DNA of 64,000 nucleotides from Rickettsiales bacterium (lineage in GTDB: Bacteria > Pseudomonadota > Alphaproteobacteria > Rickettsiales > UBA998): NCBI GenBank assembly GCA_041749475.1, contig JBGTBD010000034.1, forward strand, positions 11,214 through 75,213, given 5' to 3'. Positions 53,774 through 62,561 of the stretch are shown here, one piece after another (position 1 is the stretch's first letter; every line of letters begins with the position of its first letter). Below the pieces are notes generated by a model that saw nothing but the letters and a program-made list of their open reading frames with translations, was not told the DNA's origin and made no database searches. The position numbers and the translations under genes are program-made.

Positions 53774-56113
53774 CTACAGGATGAAATCGCCACCCGATAC
53801 AGTGATGAAGCCGCGCAGGTTGAACATCATGTCGGATACCCGATCGCCGTCGATATCAAGCGAAATAATGGTATGATCCACCCCCGGCTCCAGCGACTGG
53901 TTGGCGGTGATTTCGTTGCCCGCCCCGGTGAAGGAGCTTGCCATGCCGCGGAACACCAATGTGCCCGCGAAGGCGGAAAGGTCGAGCTTATCGACGCCTG
54001 AGACGAAATCCGTAATAGTATCACGCGCGATCCATACCATATTGGTAGAATTCGTCGTGGCCGTGAAGATGAACGTATCCGTCCCCGCACCGCCGGACAT
54101 GGTATCCACCCCGTCGCCACCCGTGATCGTATCATTGCCCGCGTCGCCGATGATGTAATCACCACCTTCGCCGCCGTCTATCTTGTCGTTATCGTTATTA
54201 CCGTAGATACTGTCATTGCCGAGCCCGCCGAATATCATGTCCGCACCGTTATGGCCGAGGATGTAATCCGCGTCATCACCGCCGTCGATGGTATCGTTAC
54301 CGGTACCGCCATTGAGGGAATCGCTACCCGCATCCCCGTCGATAACGTCGTTGCCGCCGCTGCCGAAAATGCTGTCGTCCCCGTCGCCGCCTTCGACCGT
54401 ATCGTTAAACCCGCCCGCGTCGATAGTATCGCTTCCGCCGCCACCGAGAATAGTATCATACCCGGCCCCGCCGAAGATGTTATCATTACCGTCTTTCGCG
54501 TGAATGGCGTCATTACCGTCGCCGCCATCCAGCGTATCGGCGAAGTCACCGCCTTCCATGGAGTCGTTCCCGACGTCGCCGTACAGCGTATTATTCCCAC
54601 TGCCACCGAACAGCGTATCACTTCCCTCACCCCCGTAGATAAGGTCGTTCTGCGCACCGCCGTCGATGTAATCATTATCCGCGTCACCGCGTAAGGAATC
54701 ATTGCCCCCGCCACCGAACAGCGTGTCTTCCCCGGCTTCGCCGTGGTAGCATTCCGCCGCCGCCGTCCCTGCGAAGAAGTTGGCCGCCACCCCGCCGAAG
54801 ACGCACGGAACGTCAATGACGTATTTCACCACGTCGCTGATTGTACCGTTAAAGTCCGGAAGCCCGGTGTTATCCGCCTTGGTCTCGAAGACGATGGATT
54901 TCCCGTCCAGCGAGAAGCTGGCGTTGGTGGATGCGTTATTGAGGATCACGCCGTCGAGGTTCTTGGAGATGAGCTGCAACTCACCCGAACTCAAATCGGC
55001 GAGATAAATATCCGAATAGCCGTTTGTATCTTCCGCCAGCAATGCGGAGGTGGAGGAGAAGAGCAATTTCGTTCCGTCCGCCGAGAAATTGACCCCGGCG
55101 CTATCGCCGTTACCCGGCGCCCCGTTGGCCATCTTGCTGACCAGCACCAGCGCCCCCGTGACAAGGTCTTTGACGAACACGTCGTTGGTAATGTGCGAAC
55201 TCGCTTCGGTATATCCGCCGAAATTCGTCGCCTTCGAGACGAACGCGACCTTCGTCCCGTCCTGCGAGATGACCGCACCGCGTGAATCCTGATTTCCCTG
55301 CGTTCCCGCCGTTCCGGTGCTGACGCGGCTCGTCACCCCCGTAGTCAGGTCTTTGAGGAACACATCGTATTTACTTCCCGTATCACCCGTCACCAGATTG
55401 CTGGCAAGGCTGGTGAACACCACCTTGGTCCCGTCAGCGGAAATGAAGTTGCCACCGATGCCTGACGATGTGGGGAAGAATGGGTCGCCCACGAAGGAAT
55501 CGTTATTCGCCTGCACTCCTGCGCTGCTGGTGGAGATGCGGGTGATGAGGTTCGAGTCGAGATTCTTGATGAATACGTCGTGATACCCGTTTGTGTCATT
55601 GACACCCGTGCCTTGGAGCAGATTGCTTGCCGCGCTGGTGAAAATCACCGAGCTGCCATCGGGAGTGAATTGCCCGGAATAGGAAAAGTTATTGCCCAGC
55701 GCGCCTGCGGCGTTTTTACTCACCGTAATCAGTTCAGTGCTGTTGATGTCACGGATGAACACATCATACGCACCGTTCCCGTCACCGCCCGTCACATCGG
55801 CGAGGTTCGTCCCCGCGCTGGTGAACATGATACTTCCGCCGTCGGAAGAGAACACGGGCAGCAGGCTGATGCCATTGGACTGCACGCCGGAATTACTGAA
55901 ATCGACCGCGCGGAATTCCCCGGAGATAAGATTTTTGAAAAAGATATTATACCCAACGAATGTATCAGCCGTAAAATTATTGGCATAGGACATGAACGCC
56001 GCTTGCGTCCCCCCCTCGGAGATCACCACCTGAATACTCTGGTTATTGCCATTGAGTATCGTATCGTCAGTTGCCGAAATGCCCTGAATCGAGCTGATAT
56101 TCACAATTGCCAT
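53774..56113 (-). CDS. T1SS-type RTX calcium-binding exoprotein with N-terminal PD40-like beta-propeller (paralog)
   Basis: Same architecture as 51402-53552. It has seven blades (FSSDGGSIMFTSAGTNLA..., ISADGTKVVFTSLASNLVTGDTGSKYDVFLKDLTTG, ...), an RTX block and a C-terminus ending GGDFIL. The start was chosen at 56113 (GGAG 7 nt upstream) and aligns with MSIVNV of the paralog. Confidence 0.85.
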   Translation of the reverse strand: MAIVNISSIQGISATDDTILNGNNQSIQVVISEGGTQAAFMSYANNFTADTFVGYNIFFKNLISGEFRAVDFSNSGVQSNGISLLPVFSSDGGSIMFTSAGTNLADVTGGDGNGAYDVFIRDINSTELITVSKNAAGALGNNFSYSGQFTPDGSSVIFTSAASNLLQGTGVNDTNGYHDVFIKNLDSNLITRISTSSAGVQANNDSFVGDPFFPTSSGIGGNFISADGTKVVFTSLASNLVTGDTGSKYDVFLKDLTTGVTSRVSTGTAGTQGNQDSRGAVISQDGTKVAFVSKATNFGGYTEASSHITNDVFVKDLVTGALVLVSKMANGAPGNGDSAGVNFSADGTKLLFSSTSALLAEDTNGYSDIYLADLSSGELQLISKNLDGVILNNASTNASFSLDGKSIVFETKADNTGLPDFNGTISDVVKYVIDVPCVFGGVAANFFAGTAAAECYHGEAGEDTLFGGGGNDSLRGDADNDYIDGGAQNDLIYGGEGSDTLFGGSGNNTLYGDVGNDSMEGGDFADTLDGGDGNDAIHAKDGNDNIFGGAGYDTILGGGGSDTIDAGGFNDTVEGGDGDDSIFGSGGNDVIDGDAGSDSLNGGTGNDTIDGGDDADYILGHNGADMIFGGLGNDSIYGNNDNDKIDGGEGGDYIIGDAGNDTITGGDGVDTMSGGAGTDTFIFTATTNSTNMVWIARDTITDFVSGVDKLDLSAFAGTLVFRGMASSFTGAGNEITANQSLEPGVDHTIISLDIDGDRVSDMMFNLRGFITVSGGDFIL

Positions 56114-56160
56114 GGTCATACTCCTTATTGGAATTTTCTAGCGCTAGTTCCACATTATAA

Positions 56161-56183
56161 TAAATTAGCAAATTTTTAGTTAA
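56161..56183 (-). promoter_or_regulatory. Conserved 23-nt box upstream of RTX gene 2 (TTAACT-N18-TATAAT readable on the minus strand)
   Basis: Identical to 53602-53624. It lies in the 377-bp AT-rich divergent region shared with the flagellin gene. Confidence 0.5.
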
Positions 56184-56496
56184 GTTATGAGAATGTTTTG
56201 TTAAATAAACCCTCTGAATTTTATACAAAAGAATAATATTCCCCTGATTGGCAAGCTAAGGTGTTAATTTTTATAGGGAATTATTTGCCTAGTGATTATA
56301 CCAAAAAACAAATCATCACAGAACCATGCATATTAACCAATTATAAGGAACTTATTAACAGCAATTAAACCCCCTTCCCGTAGAATCCAACAGGTTAGCA
56401 CATAGTTATACGATTTCATCATGTAGAGAGTCGCCAGTTCACGGGTTCATGAGGCCGCTCATATAGACGCGGTGGCATGATGTTAGGGGCATAACC

Positions 56497-58815
56497 ATGA
56501 TTAATTCCGCAAGTAGCATTGCGTCCAGCGCTAGCTATAGCCTGTCCGCTCTCAATCGTTCCACCAACGAGATTTCGCTTTCCATCAACCGCCTTTCCTC
56601 CGGCAATCGGCTAGTGCGCGCCAGCGATGATGTTGCCGCCCTTTCTATCAGTCAGGGCTTACGGTACGAAGTCACCGCACTGCGCCAAGCGCTACAGAAT
56701 TCCACACAGGCCGACAGTTTCCTGCAAGTCGCCTATGGCGGCCTTCAAACCATCGGCGATATTTTGAATGAGATGAAATCGACCGCCGTACAGGCCAATT
56801 CCGCTTCCCTGACCGATACGGAACGCGCCTACCTCCAGACGTCCTTCTCCAGCATGATCGACGAACTCGATTCTATCGCCAGCAACACCAACTTCAACGG
56901 CATCAGCTTGCTGGACGGCTCACTGGCTGACGAAAGCCTCGTTACCACCTATACCAACTCCGCCACTGCTGCCAGCGCCACCCTCAGCTTCACCCTGAAC
57001 CCGGTCGCCGCCCAAACGGTCAATATCAATAACGTCGCATTGACCGCCGGAGCAAACTTTGCCGTCGGCGGCAGTACGGACGTCACGGTCGCCAATCTTG
57101 CCACCGCCATCAACAACTCCACCAACCCTGCCTTCTCCGGCCTCTCCGCCACCGCCAACCTCAACCAGTTGACGTTAACGGCGAAAACGGGTGGCGCATT
57201 GAATAATGTCAATATCGTAGATCGCGCCGCCTCCACCACCAGCTTCACGACGGCGGGTAACACAACGGCACAGGTCAACGTCTTCTCCTTCTCCGGCGGG
57301 CTGGATAACGGGTTGAATGCAAACTCCGTACGCGCCAGCGGTACGAGCGCCACCTCACTGATTACGGCCCAGAACAGCAATCCGGCGTCCATTCAATTCA
57401 CCTTGAGCGCACTTCCACTGGACGGGCAGGTACTCAATATCGACAACGGCAACGGCGGTTTGACGGCCTTCACCTACCGCAACACCCCCGTCGGCGTCAC
57501 CGACATCCAGATCGGGACGGACATCACCACGACACTACAGAACACCATCGAAACATTAGCGACGCAAACGGGTAACCAGCGTTACGTCCTCGACCAGATA
57601 GATGTCCTGCGTGAAGGCAATTCCCTCACGTTCCGCAGCAAGAGCAACGGCAACCCGGTAGACCTCAACAGCGCCGTGCTCGATTTCACCGAGACCCTCA
57701 CCAACGGCTCCCTCACCGCCGCCCAGCTCAATAACGGGACGACGGCGGGCGTCAATGCCGCAGGCGTCACCAACGAAGATTTCATCGGCACGCTCAGCGG
57801 CTTCTCCGCGACCTACAATTCGGCTGACAATATCACCGCCGAAATCACCGTCGGCGACTACACTTACTCCGCCACCATCACCGACACGACTCCCGCCACC
57901 AATACCAGCATACGTTTTTCCTCCACCACCGCAGGCGGCGGGTTCTTCGACGTGCAGCTTTCCACCAGCGGTCTTGCGGTCGGCAATCAACCGGCAGCGG
58001 ATACGTATGCCGCGAATCTGGATGCCGCATTCGCCGGACTCACCTTCTCCCAGAACCGCATCGCATCGAGCTTTAACGGGGTGAACAGCCTCGTCGGCTC
58101 CACGGCTGAATTCACGCTCGGCGATTTCTCGGGCGATGTGGTAGTAGACCGTATCGACGTCACTGCCCCCAGCGGCAGCGGCACGACCGCTACAATAGAG
58201 TTCGACGTCAACGGCGAGACCTTCCGCTCCAGCGGCACACTCGGCACGTCCATCGGTAATTACGAGATCATCGAACTGAACAGCACGACGACGGGTAACA
58301 AGATCACCCTGCGCACCGGCAACCAGACCATCGACCTCTCCACCGACGCCGTCGCCGCGACGTTCGAGACGACGCTGGAAACTTCCTTCGGCTTCGGCAC
58401 AGGCTCCGGCACGGTCAGCTTCCAAATCGGCAGCAGCCCGGACAATAAACTGGAGTTCTCGATCAGCAGCGCCTCTTCGGAAAAACTGTTCGATGGGGCG
58501 GACATCACCGTGGACTCGCAATTCAACGCCGCCACCGCATCTGACGCGCTGGACGTGGCGATTGACCGCGTCACCGGCATCATCGCCAATGTCGGCTCCA
58601 AGCAGCAAATCGCGCAGCGCGCACAGACCGCATTGGAGAACGAGATAACCAATAAAGATGCTGCTCGCGCAGCGTTAGCAGATACGGACATTGCATTCGA
58701 ATCGACCTCACTGGCAATAAATCTGGTGCGCTCACAAAGCGCTATCGCTGTACTATCGCAGATACCGGGTCTCTATAGCGGCCTGCTCGACGTGCTGAAA
58801 GCAGGCAACGCGTAA
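56497..58815 (+). CDS. Giant flagellin (772 aa) with expanded central region
   Basis: Flagellin_N: LSINRLSSGNRLVRASDDVAALSISQGLRYEVTALRQALQNSTQADSFLQVAYGGLQTIGDILNEMK...NFNGISLLDGS. Flagellin_C: ALDVAIDRVTGIIANVGSKQQIAQRAQTALENEITNKDAARAALADTDIAFESTSLAINLVRSQSAIAVLSQ. In between is a ~500-aa S/T/N/A/G-rich insert with Flagellin_IN-like repeats. Confidence 0.85.
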   Translation: MINSASSIASSASYSLSALNRSTNEISLSINRLSSGNRLVRASDDVAALSISQGLRYEVTALRQALQNSTQADSFLQVAYGGLQTIGDILNEMKSTAVQANSASLTDTERAYLQTSFSSMIDELDSIASNTNFNGISLLDGSLADESLVTTYTNSATAASATLSFTLNPVAAQTVNINNVALTAGANFAVGGSTDVTVANLATAINNSTNPAFSGLSATANLNQLTLTAKTGGALNNVNIVDRAASTTSFTTAGNTTAQVNVFSFSGGLDNGLNANSVRASGTSATSLITAQNSNPASIQFTLSALPLDGQVLNIDNGNGGLTAFTYRNTPVGVTDIQIGTDITTTLQNTIETLATQTGNQRYVLDQIDVLREGNSLTFRSKSNGNPVDLNSAVLDFTETLTNGSLTAAQLNNGTTAGVNAAGVTNEDFIGTLSGFSATYNSADNITAEITVGDYTYSATITDTTPATNTSIRFSSTTAGGGFFDVQLSTSGLAVGNQPAADTYAANLDAAFAGLTFSQNRIASSFNGVNSLVGSTAEFTLGDFSGDVVVDRIDVTAPSGSGTTATIEFDVNGETFRSSGTLGTSIGNYEIIELNSTTTGNKITLRTGNQTIDLSTDAVAATFETTLETSFGFGTGSGTVSFQIGSSPDNKLEFSISSASSEKLFDGADITVDSQFNAATASDALDVAIDRVTGIIANVGSKQQIAQRAQTALENEITNKDAARAALADTDIAFESTSLAINLVRSQSAIAVLSQIPGLYSGLLDVLKAGNA

Positions 58816-58837
58816 ACCGCTTACATGGGTGACTGGA

Positions 58838-58868
58838 AGGCCCGTCCTTGCGGCGGGCCTATTTTTTT
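58838..58868. terminator. Bidirectional Rho-independent terminator
   Basis: AGGCCCG-loop-CGGGCCT followed by ATTTTTTT. It overlaps the stop codon of the convergent DUF4340 gene. Confidence 0.65.
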
Positions 58869-59953
58869 GGGCTCGGAGCGGGCGTATCCTTATCAGAGGT
58901 CAGCACATCCTCCTGCCGCTTGCGCAATTGTTCCAGCGCCTGTTGCGACAGCATGTAATACCAATCGGACGTTTTGGCATTAATGAGTTCAGCCTGTTTT
59001 TTTACCTCGTCCACAGGTGTCAGGTTCTTCTCGAACTGCTTAGCATCCCCCAGATGCACCACCGCTTTCAGATAGGCAGCACGGGAGTCTTCGTTATAGT
59101 GTGCGGTGATTTTCGTCCATACCGATTTATCGAGCAGGAAGAATTCCGACACCACTTCCAGCCCACTGAACGTGGTAAACGTCACCTCCTGAATCTTCGG
59201 CCCCATCGTGCTTGAGACGTGCCGCACCTGTTGCAACTTTAAAAACTCGAAGGCACTGGCGATCATGTTGAGATCGAACACCGACTTCACGCGCGCCCCT
59301 TCGGGTAACTGTAGTACCACGAAATCATCCCCCGGCTTGGCGCGGGAAATGGTCAGGTTGTCACCTTTCGTGCGGCGTATATCGACGCTGCGCACTTCCG
59401 CCCGCTCGATGTTGAACAGATTCTCATCCAGCCACGCCATCGCCGCTTCATCGACCGAGAGGTCTTGCGATACCAGCCACACCGCCTCTTCTCCCTTGCG
59501 ACGCACATAACTGCCGCCGAACCCGCTCGAATATTTGCCGATATAGATATCGGAGATGGGTCGTTCCTTACCCTTCGCATAGACGCGCAGATGCTTGGCG
59601 AATTCCTTAGTCAGATGCAGTGCTTTATACTGCTCGGCTTTACTGGTCTTCTGTTCTTTAAGGCGTGCATCTCCCAGCCGCACCATGAGCTGGCGCACCC
59701 GGTCGCGATTGGCGGGATAATCGAACACTTCTTTCACCTTCCATACCCCGTCCACAACATGCAACGTTACATGGTCAAACTCTCCGGCGATGTCGAAATG
59801 CGTAATATCATTGAGCGCTGGTTTCACTTTCGGCGCGAGCGCCTGTCCGGCCCCCGCATCCGGCGTCGCCGCGCGTTCGTTGCGCTGCACGGCATAGGCC
59901 GCCACCAGCAACAACACCATCGCGACCAGTAATACTTTGCTGCGCTTCGTCAT
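58859..59953 (-). CDS. DUF4340-like periplasmic protein (last gene of the ABC-2/GldG-like operon)
   Basis: N-terminal anchor VLLVAMVLLLVAAYAV. It holds the usual position downstream of GldG-like genes. There is a 4-nt overlap with the upstream gene. Confidence 0.6.
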   Translation of the reverse strand: MTKRSKVLLVAMVLLLVAAYAVQRNERAATPDAGAGQALAPKVKPALNDITHFDIAGEFDHVTLHVVDGVWKVKEVFDYPANRDRVRQLMVRLGDARLKEQKTSKAEQYKALHLTKEFAKHLRVYAKGKERPISDIYIGKYSSGFGGSYVRRKGEEAVWLVSQDLSVDEAAMAWLDENLFNIERAEVRSVDIRRTKGDNLTISRAKPGDDFVVLQLPEGARVKSVFDLNMIASAFEFLKLQQVRHVSSTMGPKIQEVTFTTFSGLEVVSEFFLLDKSVWTKITAHYNEDSRAAYLKAVVHLGDAKQFEKNLTPVDEVKKQAELINAKTSDWYYMLSQQALEQLRKRQEDVLTSDKDTPAPSPKK

Positions 59954-61830
59954 GACCGCTTCACCCCAAGTCGGCGCGGTAGGAAGAAGGCGAGGAGGAT
60001 GACCAGCAACGCCACCGCCCCGATATTGATTGCCTTCAACTGATACCCCAGCGAATCAATATCCTCGATCAGCGAATGCTGCACCTTGCGCAACTCTTTC
60101 CGCGTCGCCAGAATCTCGTCACGGAAGCTGAGCAATTCCTGCTCGTCCGCACTGCTCAACAGCAGTTCATTCCCCTCATGCCGATTCGTGCTGCGCATCG
60201 CCGTGATCTTCTGTTCCAGCTCGCTCAGCTTCGCACGCAGATCCTGTTCGCGGTTACGGAAACGCACCTCCGCGTCCTGACGGATGGCTTCCACTTTCTT
60301 GAACGGTCGGTCGTAATCACTACGGCTGCGCAGCGAAATCAAATCCTCGCTACCGCTGAGCAAATCTAGTGCATTAAGCACGAACGCCCCGTTATGCGCC
60401 GTCGGCACGACCAGCTTATTGCCATAGAACGCTTTGGCGTCGATCCAAAATCCGTCCTGCAACATATCCGCATCCGTAATCGCGATGACGTTGATGTCCT
60501 TCTTCGATTCCGCCAGATGCCCCTTGTCTTTACGTTGCGGGAACGCAGATGTCGCCTTCCCCGTGAAGCGCGCGGCAAGCACAAGTTTCTTGCCCCCCAC
60601 CTTATAATTCTTCAGGAATGCGGAAGGGTCTTTATCAAACATCAGCTCGAAACTTTTCCCCACCATCGCCTCTGTTCCGGTGAAGATGAGTGGCTCCATC
60701 GTGAGGGGTTTTTCTACTTTGGGGAAAGTGACGTTATTACCCGGAGTCGGATGCTTCGCCGCCTCCTCCACCGTCACTAGCCGCCCCGCCGCCACCAGCC
60801 GCATCAGTTGCAAGGTGGAACTAACGAGGTCGTCTTTATTGAAATTATCGCCCGCCAACGCCAGCCATGCCGGGTTGGAAACCGTACGCAGCGCCGACCC
60901 GCGCTCACTATCCGCCATACGGATGGCGATGGATTTATCGAGCACGAGGTCTGTACTCGGCATGTCGAAGCCCCACGTATTATAGAGCTTGTTAAGATTG
61001 GAATCCGTGCGCTCCAGCCCCTTGATATTGATATAGGGATCGGTGAAGAACAACGCCCGCCCTCCGCGCATCAGGAACTGGTCGATCGCATAGAGCGTAT
61101 CTTCGGTGATGCCGACCGGGTGTACGACCATAAGCACATCGACTTCCTTGGGGATTTCCTTAGCTGTACGGTCAACATACGTCGATGCGAAATTCTTGTT
61201 GATCTGGTCGAGGATCGCCCACTTACCCTGAATATTATCCGGCCCAGACCCGCCACCATAGAGCGGCAACCATGTCATGATACCGATGACGGGTTTTTTG
61301 ACGAGCGACAGATCATAGATGATGCGCGTGATGTCATATTCCAACCACGACGCACGGCTGGGGTCGAAGAAGGGGATGGAGCCGATTTCATCCACGCTAT
61401 TGGTGGCGATAAGGCCGAAATAAAGTTTTGTCCCCGTTTCATCGAGCGGGATGGATTGCACACCCAGCTTCACGGCAAGGTCTTCCTCCTCCGTGAATGG
61501 CTCGGGGTTGATGATCTCAAGCTGCAACTTGCCGCCGGACTGTTTCACATATTCTTTCAATATACCTTTAACGCGGTTGCCGTATGCCTGGATTTGCGGG
61601 AACCCATTAGCCGTCGCGTCCGAGAAGAAGAAACGCAACTTCACGGGTTCTTCTATGGCGGTGACGACATGCTCCGTCCCTTCCGAAAGCGTATAGAGAT
61701 GATGGTAGGTCAGGTCAATGCGGTAACGATCCAGCAGGTTATTCGCGATGATATTGATGGCGATGAAGATCACCGCGCCGATCAGCAGCGTCGCAAACGA
61801 ATGCATGCGCTTCGTCGTATTCCCGCTCAT
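59950..61830 (-). CDS. GldG-like ABC transporter auxiliary component (ABC_transp_aux family)
   Basis: N-terminal TM helix (LLIGAVIFIAINIIANNLL), then YHHLYTLSEGTEHVV...VKLRFFFS, a large periplasmic domain, a C-terminal coiled coil and a TM helix. Genes overlap on both sides. Confidence 0.75.
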   Translation of the reverse strand: MSGNTTKRMHSFATLLIGAVIFIAINIIANNLLDRYRIDLTYHHLYTLSEGTEHVVTAIEEPVKLRFFFSDATANGFPQIQAYGNRVKGILKEYVKQSGGKLQLEIINPEPFTEEEDLAVKLGVQSIPLDETGTKLYFGLIATNSVDEIGSIPFFDPSRASWLEYDITRIIYDLSLVKKPVIGIMTWLPLYGGGSGPDNIQGKWAILDQINKNFASTYVDRTAKEIPKEVDVLMVVHPVGITEDTLYAIDQFLMRGGRALFFTDPYINIKGLERTDSNLNKLYNTWGFDMPSTDLVLDKSIAIRMADSERGSALRTVSNPAWLALAGDNFNKDDLVSSTLQLMRLVAAGRLVTVEEAAKHPTPGNNVTFPKVEKPLTMEPLIFTGTEAMVGKSFELMFDKDPSAFLKNYKVGGKKLVLAARFTGKATSAFPQRKDKGHLAESKKDINVIAITDADMLQDGFWIDAKAFYGNKLVVPTAHNGAFVLNALDLLSGSEDLISLRSRSDYDRPFKKVEAIRQDAEVRFRNREQDLRAKLSELEQKITAMRSTNRHEGNELLLSSADEQELLSFRDEILATRKELRKVQHSLIEDIDSLGYQLKAINIGAVALLVILLAFFLPRRLGVKRS

Positions 61831-62561
61831 GACCGCCGCCCCTCAAGCACCACCGTATTCGCGAACAGGAAGAAGCCGATTAACGTCACGAAGAAGAACA
61901 GGCTCCGCATCTCGACCACGCCCTTGGTGATGTCGGTGAAATTGGTGATGAAGCTGAACAGCGAGATGGTCTCGATCAACGTCTGCGGCAACCACCCCTC
62001 GAAGAACTTGATAATGATGGGATACCCCGCCAGCGTGAAGACAAAACAGATGGTGACGCTGAGTACGAAGGCGATGACCTGATTGCGCGTTAGTGCCGAA
62101 AGGAATGCACCGATGGCGATGAACCCGCCCGCCATCAGAAGGCTGCCGATATAACTGGCGAAGATGACGCCGTTATCCGGATCGCCCAGATAATTGACTG
62201 TGATCCACATCGGGAACGTGCCCGCGATGGCGATAGCGGTGAACGCCCACGCGGCAAGGAATTTCCCCACCACCAATTGCCATAGGGATACCGGCAATGT
62301 CATCAATAACTCGAACGTCCCGCTCCGCCGTTCCTCCGCCCACAGACGCATGGTGATGGCGGGGATAAAGAACAGGAACAGCCACGGATGCCAGTTGAAG
62401 AACGGCTCAAGGTCAGCCTTCCCACGCTCATAGAATGTCCCGAGATAAAACGTGAACGACCCCGCCACCATCAGGAATACGGCGATGAAGACATAGGCTA
62501 CCGGCGTCAGGAAATACCCGGTCAGTTCACGGCGGAATGTCGTCCAAAGCGCGTGCATCAT
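61827..62561 (-). CDS. ABC-2 type transporter permease (GldF-like)
   Basis: Six TM helices and ...WAEERRSGTFELLMTLPVS..., typical of ABC-2 permeases. Confidence 0.8.
   Translation of the reverse strand: MMHALWTTFRRELTGYFLTPVAYVFIAVFLMVAGSFTFYLGTFYERGKADLEPFFNWHPWLFLFFIPAITMRLWAEERRSGTFELLMTLPVSLWQLVVGKFLAAWAFTAIAIAGTFPMWITVNYLGDPDNGVIFASYIGSLLMAGGFIAIGAFLSALTRNQVIAFVLSVTICFVFTLAGYPIIIKFFEGWLPQTLIETISLFSFITNFTDITKGVVEMRSLFFFVTLIGFFLFANTVVLEGRRS

Noticed and set aside
51700-54700. Short periodic nucleotide repeats (GCCGCC/ATCGTT... about every 27 nt) that might be taken for a repeat array or CRISPR
   Set aside because: The periodicity is the 9-codon RTX GGxGxDxUx repeat inside two long ORFs. 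There are no conserved direct repeats with unique spacers.
56120-56496. Sigma-54 or sigma-28 promoter for the flagellin gene
   Set aside because: TGGCATGATGTTAGG and similar strings do not fit GG-N10-GC spacing with TTGC. No TAAA-N15-GCCGATAA-like element was found. I have no supportable promoter call.
57556-58608. 350-aa minus-strand ORF antisense to the flagellin gene; similar long antisense ORFs at 35575-36705, 27404-28360, 60808-62082, 62720-63694 and 18162-19013
   Set aside because: All are Gly/Arg/Asp/Val-rich shadow ORFs opposite genes with clear family signatures (flagellin, thiolase, PntAA, GldG-like, ABC ATPase, phasin). This is typical of GC-rich DNA.
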